From contig PLCF01000078.1 in NCBI GenBank assembly GCA_003135555.1, positions 1 to 22,386 of the forward strand: a stretch of 22,386 nucleotides of DNA. Reading direction: 5' to 3'. Below, one piece after another: positions 15,701-22,386 of this stretch. The notes under the pieces are model-generated. The model searched no databases. It saw only the letters and a list, made by a program, of their open reading frames with translations, and was not told the DNA's origin. Made by a program: the position numbers and the translations under genes. Position 1 is the first letter of the stretch. Each line of letters starts with the position of its first letter. Source of the DNA: Vulcanimicrobiota bacterium. Its GTDB lineage: Bacteria > Vulcanimicrobiota > Vulcanimicrobiia > Vulcanimicrobiales > Vulcanimicrobiaceae.

Positions 15701-16798
15701 CTACACCTTGGCCGGAACGCGCATGGTCGCGCGGTCGCCGACCGCGCGCTGGTACTGCGGCGGCCACGCGATTTCGGCCCCGAGCGCCCGCGCCGCGAAG
15801 AGCGGCCAGTACGGATCGCGCAGCAGCTCGCGGGCCAGCAACACCAGGTCGGCGCGGCCGCCGGCGACGATCGCCTCCGCGTCGGCGGGCTCGACGATCA
15901 TCCCGACGGTGCCCGTGGCGATCCCGGCTTCGCGGCGGATGCGTTCGGCGAAGGGGGTCTGGTAGAGCGGTCCGACCGGGATCGCGTCGGCGGCGACCGG
16001 CACCGCGCCGCCCGAGCTGACGTCGATCAGATCGACGCCGTCGTCGCGCAGCGCGGCGGCGAGCTCGATCGTCTGCTCGACGTCCCAGCCGCCCTCGACC
16101 CAATCGGTCGCCGACAGCCGCACGAACAACGGCAACCGTTCCGGCCACACGGCGCGCACCGCGCGCACGATCTCGCGCGCGAGCCGCGTCCGGTTCTCGA
16201 ACGATCCGCCCCAGCGATCCGTGCGCCGGTTGACCAGCGGCGACAGAAACTCGTGCACGAGGTAGCCGTGCGCGCCGTGGATCTCGAGCACGCTGCCGCC
16301 GGCCTCGAGCGTGCGCCGCGCGCCGGCAGCGAACGCCGCGACGATCCTCGCGATCCCGGCTTCGTCGAGCGCCTGCGGAACCGGGTACCGCGGATCGAAC
16401 GGCTCGTTCCCCGGCCCCAGCGGAGTCCAGGCACCTTCCGTGACGGCGCCGCCGCCCTCCCACGGGCGTTTGGTCGAGCCTTTGCGGCCCGCGTGCGCGA
16501 GCTGGGTCCCCCACTGCGCGCCCTGCCGCGCGCAGAAGCGCGCGATCCGTGCCAGCTCGGCGCCGTGCTCGTCCTTCCAAATGCCGAGGTCCTGCGGCGA
16601 AATGCGGCCTTCGGGCGTGACCGCGATCGCCTCGGTGAAGACCAGCCCGGCGCCGCCGACGGCGCGGCTGCCCAGATGGACGACGTGCCAGTCGTCGGCG
16701 AATCCGTCAGCCGAAGAGTACTCGCACATCGGCGAGACGACGACGCGGTTGCGCAGCGTCACGTCGCGCAGCCGCAGGGGGGAGAAGAGCGCGGACAT
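15701..16798 (-). CDS. namA: NADH:flavin oxidoreductase / Old Yellow Enzyme (YqjM/NamA-like)
   Basis: NRVVVSPMCEYS, QLAHAGRKGS, HGAHGYLVHEFLSP, ARELLRDPYW, WPPQYQR. AGGAG RBS. Confidence 0.9.
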   Translation of the reverse strand: MSALFSPLRLRDVTLRNRVVVSPMCEYSSADGFADDWHVVHLGSRAVGGAGLVFTEAIAVTPEGRISPQDLGIWKDEHGAELARIARFCARQGAQWGTQLAHAGRKGSTKRPWEGGGAVTEGAWTPLGPGNEPFDPRYPVPQALDEAGIARIVAAFAAGARRTLEAGGSVLEIHGAHGYLVHEFLSPLVNRRTDRWGGSFENRTRLAREIVRAVRAVWPERLPLFVRLSATDWVEGGWDVEQTIELAAALRDDGVDLIDVSSGGAVPVAADAIPVGPLYQTPFAERIRREAGIATGTVGMIVEPADAEAIVAGGRADLVLLARELLRDPYWPLFAARALGAEIAWPPQYQRAVGDRATMRVPAKV

Positions 16799-16876
16799 CG
16801 TCTCCTACAGACGCCCTCGCTCGGCGCGCGGTTGCGCTCGCGAGTTTGCTCGACGCTGGCCGGAAGGGCGGCCTTT

Positions 16877-16885
16877 TGCTACTAT
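16877..16885 (+). promoter_or_regulatory. Possible extended -10 promoter element
   Basis: TGcTACTAT 26 nt upstream of ATG 16912, followed by AAGGTGAGG RBS. Confidence 0.4.
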
Positions 16886-16911
16886 ACGGGCATCCAGGGG
16901 TAAGGTGAGGC

Positions 16912-17541
16912 ATGCGCCGTTTTTCAGCGATGATCGCCCTTGCTGGCGTGCTCGCAGCGGCTCCCGCTGCGGCCCAAGAAGATCGCGCCTCGCTGTTGAC
17001 CGCTGCGGGCTTGCCCGCGCCGGTCGCGGAGAAGATCGGCGCCGCGATGGCGAACGTCACGTCGTACCGCGTCCGCGTCACCCTCACCGGCTCGTCCGGG
17101 ATGGACAACACGCTGACCGTCCGGCCCGCGCAGAAGCGGAGCAAGGTGGTAGAGAGTTCCTGGGGCATCGTGACCGAGATGATCTTCGCCGACGGCCGAG
17201 GCTACAGGCGCGTCAACGATGGCGATTGGCATGTCCTCGACCTTCCGCCTCGAGCACCCGGCGCTCCGTCGCCCGCGAAGGCGTTCCTGGACATGACGAA
17301 GATCACGCCGCTACCCGACCGCGTCGAGAACGGTGTCACGGTCGGCGCGTATCAGATGGAGATGCGCTTCCCAGCCATCACGCCGACGGAATCCGTCGCC
17401 TTCACGTGCACCTACGACAAGACGACGTACCTGCCGCGCGCGTGCGCGAACAATACCAGCACCCAGACGTTCGAAGGCTGGAACGACCCGGCCAACATCA
17501 TCGACATCCCGGTGGTGGCGGCGGCGCCGATCTCGCACTAG
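16912..17541 (+). CDS. Secreted hypothetical protein (beta-rich, possibly LolA/LppX-like fold)
   Basis: Good RBS, Sec signal peptide (AAA-Q), alternating beta-strand pattern, Cys pair (FTCTY..RAC), C-terminal WNDPANIIDIP. Confidence 0.7.
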   Translation: MRRFSAMIALAGVLAAAPAAAQEDRASLLTAAGLPAPVAEKIGAAMANVTSYRVRVTLTGSSGMDNTLTVRPAQKRSKVVESSWGIVTEMIFADGRGYRRVNDGDWHVLDLPPRAPGAPSPAKAFLDMTKITPLPDRVENGVTVGAYQMEMRFPAITPTESVAFTCTYDKTTYLPRACANNTSTQTFEGWNDPANIIDIPVVAAAPISH

Positions 17542-17548
17542 CCTCCCG

Positions 17549-18895
17549 CTAGTTGTTCGTCCTCGGGAGATGACGATAACGCGCCGTGAGCTCGTCCTGA
17601 CGCGACCGGTCGTGATACTCGCGGCCGCGCACGAAGACGTGCTCGACGTTGGTCGAGAACTCGAACGGGTCGCCGCTCCAGACCACGACGTTGGCGTCCT
17701 TGCCGGGTGCGAGCGAGCCGACCCGGTCGGCGATCCCCAGGATCGTCGCGGGACCCAGCGTCACCGCGCGCAGCGCGTCGTCGTGCGACATCCCGTACGC
17801 GACCGCGTTGCCGGCTTCGTACTTGACGTTGCGCACGTTGAAGGTCTCCTCGTCCGCGCCGCCGCCGGCGTTGCCGACGAGCCCGACCTCGACGCCCGCC
17901 CGGCGTAACAGCGCGGCGTTCTCCTGGCGCTGGTTGAGCCGGTCGAAGGTCTCGGGGATGTTGTTCATCGCGCCGGTCAGCACCGCGACGTGCGCGGCGG
18001 CGATCCGCGGCGCGATCTTCCAGGCCTCGGCCCCGCCGGCGATGACCAACCGGATCCCCTCGGCGCGCGCGAAGCGCACCATCGCGTCGATGTCGTCGAC
18101 GCGATCCGCCTCCACGATCAGCGGCTCCCGCCCTTGCACGACCGGGAGCAGCGCCGCCAGCGCGCGCCGCGACGCGATGAGCCCGCGCAGCGTGCCGGCG
18201 TCGTACTTGTCGTGCCGCGTCGCGTAGAAGCGCGCGTCGGCGAGCAGCTCGCGTAGCGCCGCCAGCGCCTCGGCGCGCGAGGCCGGCGGTGCGGAGAGCT
18301 CGCCGCCGTTGGCCGTATTGGCATCGCCGGCAGTGTTCTCGTCGACATCGCTGTTGAAGCGCGGGCCGGTGACGATCGTCGCGACCATGCCGACCGGCGC
18401 TTTGCGCACCATCTCGGCGGCCGTGCCGTCGGCCAGATCCATCGCCGCGGCTTGCCCCGAAACGAGCCCGCCGGTGGGGAAGATCCCGACCGTCGTCACG
18501 CCGTCTTCGCGCGCCGCCGCGATGTATGCGGACTCGGAGAAGAAGCCTTCCCAGGGTTGGAAGTCGGCGTTGACCAAGCCGCGGCCGCGCGTGTTTCGCG
18601 TCGACGCTTCGCCGCCGACCTCGACCAGGCCGAGCTGCGTCGCGGCGTTGATAAGCCCCGGCGTGACGATTTTGCCGCGCGCGTCGATGCGCCGCGCGCC
18701 GCCGGGGATCGCGGTCGACGCGCCGCCGACGGCCGTGATGCGGCCGTTGCTCAGCACCACGGTGCCGTTCGCGATCTTCGGCCCGCTGACCGGGTAGACG
18801 GTCCCGCCGGTGAGCGCGACGATCTCGGCCGACGCGACTGCGCTCGTGCCGAGCAGCGCAGCGAGCACGGCGCAACAGGTCACCCGGGCGTTCAC
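17549..18895 (-). CDS. Secreted amidohydrolase-family protein with degenerate metal site
   Basis: GTG 18895 overlaps the upstream TGA. IDARGKIVTPGLI and DRVGSLAPGKDANVVVWSGDP are present, but HxH is replaced by AATQ. Confidence 0.85.
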   Translation of the reverse strand: MNARVTCCAVLAALLGTSAVASAEIVALTGGTVYPVSGPKIANGTVVLSNGRITAVGGASTAIPGGARRIDARGKIVTPGLINAATQLGLVEVGGEASTRNTRGRGLVNADFQPWEGFFSESAYIAAAREDGVTTVGIFPTGGLVSGQAAAMDLADGTAAEMVRKAPVGMVATIVTGPRFNSDVDENTAGDANTANGGELSAPPASRAEALAALRELLADARFYATRHDKYDAGTLRGLIASRRALAALLPVVQGREPLIVEADRVDDIDAMVRFARAEGIRLVIAGGAEAWKIAPRIAAAHVAVLTGAMNNIPETFDRLNQRQENAALLRRAGVEVGLVGNAGGGADEETFNVRNVKYEAGNAVAYGMSHDDALRAVTLGPATILGIADRVGSLAPGKDANVVVWSGDPFEFSTNVEHVFVRGREYHDRSRQDELTARYRHLPRTNN

Positions 18896-20334
18896 TTGCG
18901 CACCGCCGAGCGCACGTAGCCCAGCTCGAAGTCGGTTCGCCAGTTCGCCTGGGGATCGTCGCGGTCGTAGAGCAACGCGCCGTCGACGAAGACCTTCTCC
19001 GCGTGGGTGTAGACGCTGAACGGGTTGCCGTCCCACAACACGACGTCGGCGTTCTTGCCCGCTTCGAGCGAGCCGATACGGTCGTCGAGCCCCAGCAGGT
19101 ACGCCGGGTTGATCGTCATCCACTTGACCGCGACGTCCTCGGTGACGGGCAGCCCGGCGCGTTTCGCTGCGTACATCGCCTTGGCGACCTCTTGGTTGAG
19201 GCGCTGAATCCCCGAGGGGTCGTCGCTGTGGATCGTGGCGCGCCCTCCGGCGGCATCGAACAGCCCGATGTTGGCACGCACCGAGTCGAGCGCTTCCATT
19301 TTGAAGCCGCCCCAGTCGGCCCACATCGTGGTGCCGATCCCTTCCTTCGCGAGCAGGTCGGCGATCTTGTAGCCTTCGATAGCGTGGTGGAAGGCGCGCA
19401 CCTTGTAGCCGAACTCGTGCGACATGTCGATCACCTGCGCCATCTCGTCGGCGCGGTAGCAGTGCATGTGCACGTAGACGTTGCCGCGCAGCGCTTCGGC
19501 CATCGTCTCCAGGGCCAGATCGCGCTGCGGCGGATCGCCCTTGCGGCTCGCGTTCCAGGCATCCCAGCGGCGCTTGTAGGCTTCCGCCGCGATCCAGGCC
19601 GCGCGATAGCCGGCCATGTTGCCCATGCGCGTCGACGGACCGCGCTGCGCGTAGACGCGTTTGGGATTCTCGCCGCACGCCATCTTGAGCCCGTAGCGCG
19701 CGCCGGGAAACTTCATCGCTTGCACCGTACGCGCCGGCACGACTTTGAGGATCGCGCTGCGCCCGCCGATCAGGTTCGCCGAGCCCGGAAGAACCTGCAG
19801 CGTGGTGACGCCGCCGGCGAGCGCGCGTGGAAACTGCGGGTCCTGCGGCCACACCGAATGCTCGGCCCACACGTTGGCGGTGTTGGGGTTGGTTGCTTCG
19901 TTGCCATCGCTATGCGCCTGCGTACCGGGCGCCGGATAGTCGCCCAGATGCGAGTGGATGTCGATGATCCCGGGCGTGACGTACTTGCCGTGCGCGTCGA
20001 TCGTCAGCACCAGATCGGCCGGCGTCCCGATGTTGGCTCCGACCGCGGCGATGCGCCCGTTGCGCAGCAGGATCGAGCCGTTGCGGATTACCGGCCCGGC
20101 GGCGGTCAGGATCGTCGCGTTGCGGATCAGCGTCGCGCGCGACGGGAACGGTACGTACGTCGACGGGTACGGGTCGGCGTTGGGCACCGACAGCGCTCCC
20201 GGGCCCGGGGTCGGCGCGGCGGCCGTGGGAGCCGGCGCCGGCGACGCGGCGCTCTGCTGCGCCGGGCTCGACAGGGGAAGCGCGATGAAAGCCGCCGTGA
20301 CAACGGCGGCCAGCCCGCGGGCGTGACGATACAT
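18892..20334 (-). CDS. Secreted amidohydrolase-family protein (imidazolonepropionase-like)
   Basis: Signal peptide, Pro/Ala linker, TPGIIDIHSHLG, KMACGENPK, HCYRADE, FHHAIE, HSDD, GSLEAGKNADVV. Confidence 0.92.
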   Translation of the reverse strand: MYRHARGLAAVVTAAFIALPLSSPAQQSAASPAPAPTAAAPTPGPGALSVPNADPYPSTYVPFPSRATLIRNATILTAAGPVIRNGSILLRNGRIAAVGANIGTPADLVLTIDAHGKYVTPGIIDIHSHLGDYPAPGTQAHSDGNEATNPNTANVWAEHSVWPQDPQFPRALAGGVTTLQVLPGSANLIGGRSAILKVVPARTVQAMKFPGARYGLKMACGENPKRVYAQRGPSTRMGNMAGYRAAWIAAEAYKRRWDAWNASRKGDPPQRDLALETMAEALRGNVYVHMHCYRADEMAQVIDMSHEFGYKVRAFHHAIEGYKIADLLAKEGIGTTMWADWGGFKMEALDSVRANIGLFDAAGGRATIHSDDPSGIQRLNQEVAKAMYAAKRAGLPVTEDVAVKWMTINPAYLLGLDDRIGSLEAGKNADVVLWDGNPFSVYTHAEKVFVDGALLYDRDDPQANWRTDFELGYVRSAVRK

Positions 20335-20384
20335 GCGAATTCCCTAGGAGAATGGGCGCGATGCTTCCTGCTCGCGGCGCGCGG

Positions 20385-21500
20385 TTACGATGGTGTTGCG
20401 GTCAGGTCGGTGCAGGCGCGTAGCCGGTCGGCCGCGGCTTCGGCCGCCGCGCGCCCGGCCTCGGGGACGGCGTTGGGAACCCCGGCGTAGATCACCGCGG
20501 GCCGCCACGCGGTCGCGACGACGTCGCGGCCGCGCACCGTCACGAGCAGCGCGCCAGTCTGCCGCGTGACCGGTGCGTTGGCGTAGAACGCGAAGTTGCC
20601 CAACCCGTAGTGGACGAACGCCCGGCCGAAGTACCCGCGCCCGAGCAACAGGTGCGCGTGCGACCCGACGATCACGTCGGCACCTGCCGCGACGAGCGCG
20701 CGCATGAGTGCGCGCTGATCGGTCGTCGGACAGTCGACGAGCTCGCGACCCCAATGCAGGTACACGACGACGATGTCGGCCCGCGGTCGAGCGGCGCGCA
20801 CCGCGGCGAGCAGCCGGCTCAGGGCGCCGTGTTTGGCCGAGGCCAAACCGGATTTCGTGTCGGTCGCCGTCCAGCTGTCCTCGAGCTCACCGTCCAACAC
20901 TTGCGTCGCGCCGAAGATCGCGATGCGCTCGTGCTTGCGCTCGACGAGGTACGGGCGATACGCCGCGTACGCGTTTCGTCCCGCACCGACGACCACGACG
21001 CTCTCGGCTGCGGCGGCTTGCAGCGACTCTTCGAGCGCCGTTGCGCCGTAGTCCATCCCGTGGTTGTTGGCCATCGTGACGAGGTCGACGTGCGCCGCGC
21101 GCAGCGCCCGAAACGCCGAGGGCGGCGCACGGAACGTGTACTGCTTCACCTGCGGCCGGCCGGACGTGCCCACGGCCGTTTCGAGGTTGACCATCACGAG
21201 GTCGGCGCCGTCGAAGAGCGGCGCGAGCGAGTCGAGTGCGGTTTCGGGGTCGGCGGCGAGCCGCGTCCCGAGATGGCCCTCGAAGTGGACGTCGCCGCCG
21301 AAGGCCAGCACGACGGGGCCCCGGCGGACCAGGCGATGCCGCACCCGCGGGCGCGGGTCGTTGTGGGCCAGCACGCGCGCCGGCGGCGCCGCATGCCGAG
21401 CCAACGACGGGCTGATGAGCGCGCTGGCCCACGCGCCGCCGGCCAGCAGCGCGCCGGAGAGCGCCAGCATGAAACCGGCGGCCAACCTAGACCAGCGCAA
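20385..21500 (-). CDS. CapA / poly-gamma-glutamate synthesis family metallophosphoesterase
   Basis: GDV, NLE, ANNHGMDYG, HWG.E, GSHAH, GLGNF. Start uncertain (TTG 21500 or ATG 21470). Confidence 0.88.
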   Translation of the reverse strand: MRWSRLAAGFMLALSGALLAGGAWASALISPSLARHAAPPARVLAHNDPRPRVRHRLVRRGPVVLAFGGDVHFEGHLGTRLAADPETALDSLAPLFDGADLVMVNLETAVGTSGRPQVKQYTFRAPPSAFRALRAAHVDLVTMANNHGMDYGATALEESLQAAAAESVVVVGAGRNAYAAYRPYLVERKHERIAIFGATQVLDGELEDSWTATDTKSGLASAKHGALSRLLAAVRAARPRADIVVVYLHWGRELVDCPTTDQRALMRALVAAGADVIVGSHAHLLLGRGYFGRAFVHYGLGNFAFYANAPVTRQTGALLVTVRGRDVVATAWRPAVIYAGVPNAVPEAGRAAAEAAADRLRACTDLTATPS

Positions 21501-21606
21501 CGCCGCAGATCCCCGAGTTCCGCACGCCCAGAGCGGTGCGACGCGTGCCGCTCGGGTGCCTGTCGCCGGGAACGCCGCGGCGGCGCCGGAACGTTTCCGA
21601 GCCAAG

Positions 21607-22182
21607 ATGCTGGCCCGCTTCGCGCTTTCGCTTTTGCTCGGCGTCGCCGTGTGCGCCCCGGCCGGGGCGGTCGAGGAAGCGACCGGGCCGATCTATGTCG
21701 TCATCCCGTTCGGCGAGCCTGGCGATACCGATCCCATCCTCAAGCGTGCGACGACGCAATTCAACCTCGACCTTGCCGATCGCCGCATCCGCACGGTGGT
21801 CGCGCCGCCGATCGATGCGATCGAGGCCGTCGGGACGGCGCGCCAATTTTGCGGCGGCTACAACGCCGACGGGCTGCTGATCCCCCAGCTCCGGTTCGAA
21901 CAGTCCAAGGAGCGCAACCTCACCGGGTTCATCCCGGTGGTCGGCGGCGTCGTCTCGTCGTCGGGGGTTTTCGACCGCTCGCCGATCCGCGCGCAGCTCA
22001 AGCTCTATCTCATCGACTGCACGGGGATCGTGCGTTGGAAGACCTACACCACGGCCAACAAGATCCACAAGGGCCAAAACGTCGCCGCCGGGCTCACCGA
22101 GATCGCCAACGAAGCCTTGGCCGAGGCGGTCGACCAGTTCACGAGCCGGCCCGGGGCCGTGGTCCCAGACAGCGCGCACTAG
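21607..22182 (+). CDS. Secreted hypothetical protein
   Basis: Signal peptide MLARFALSLLLGVAVCAPAGA, strongly GC3-biased codons, alpha/beta pattern with two Cys in the mature part. Confidence 0.75.
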   Translation: MLARFALSLLLGVAVCAPAGAVEEATGPIYVVIPFGEPGDTDPILKRATTQFNLDLADRRIRTVVAPPIDAIEAVGTARQFCGGYNADGLLIPQLRFEQSKERNLTGFIPVVGGVVSSSGVFDRSPIRAQLKLYLIDCTGIVRWKTYTTANKIHKGQNVAAGLTEIANEALAEAVDQFTSRPGAVVPDSAH

Positions 22183-22196
22183 CCGCTAGCCGCTCG

Positions 22197-22386
22197 TTAG
22201 ATGCGGCAGCTGCGCAGGCCCTGCTTCTCGAGGTAGCGCTGGTGGTAGTCCTCCGCGCGGAAGAAGGCTTGCTCGGGGAGAAGCTGGGTTGCGATCGGGC
22301 GGGCGAACCGAGCCTGAGCGCGGACCTTGCTCGCTTCCGCGGTGGCGCGTTGGGCTTCGTCGTGATAGAACACGGCGGAGCGGTAC
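22197..22386 (-). CDS. msrA: Peptide-methionine (S)-S-oxide reductase, C-terminal part
   Basis: YRSAVFYHDEAQ...FFRAEDYHQRYLEKQGLRSCRI then TAA. Absent from the ORF track because its start lies outside the window. Confidence 0.93.
   Translation of the reverse strand, partial: YRSAVFYHDEAQRATAEASKVRAQARFARPIATQLLPEQAFFRAEDYHQRYLEKQGLRSCRI

Noticed and set aside
17549..19870. 773-aa amidohydrolase ORF
   Set aside because: The N-terminal part overlaps the upstream paralog out of frame; the signal peptide and GTGA coupling place the start at 18895.
1..22386. tRNA (including selC), rRNA, intact transposase or integrase
   Set aside because: None recognised by eye; a covariance-model search would be needed to exclude small RNAs.

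Overview
High-GC bacterial window, mostly minus-strand. The left ~12.7 kb looks like a mosaic accessory region containing: the 5' part of a hyfB-C-E-F (Ehr/hydrogenase-4-like) membrane complex operon; two unrelated RES toxin-antitoxin pairs; a tupABC tungstate ABC transporter; several gene remnants; and a tightly coupled permease / ArsR-rhodanese / MFS / metallo-beta-lactamase (persulfide dioxygenase-like) operon. Top finding: the MBL gene is split by one in-frame TGA (codon 20, 8155-8157) followed immediately by a SECIS-like hairpin, making it a candidate selenoprotein that the ORF track truncates. The right part holds a GGDEF-EAL protein, DoxX, an XRE regulator, an Old Yellow Enzyme, a secreted active plus degenerate amidohydrolase pair, a CapA-family phosphoesterase, two secreted hypotheticals and the 3' end of msrA. 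Family calls come from motif recognition by eye; no searches were run.
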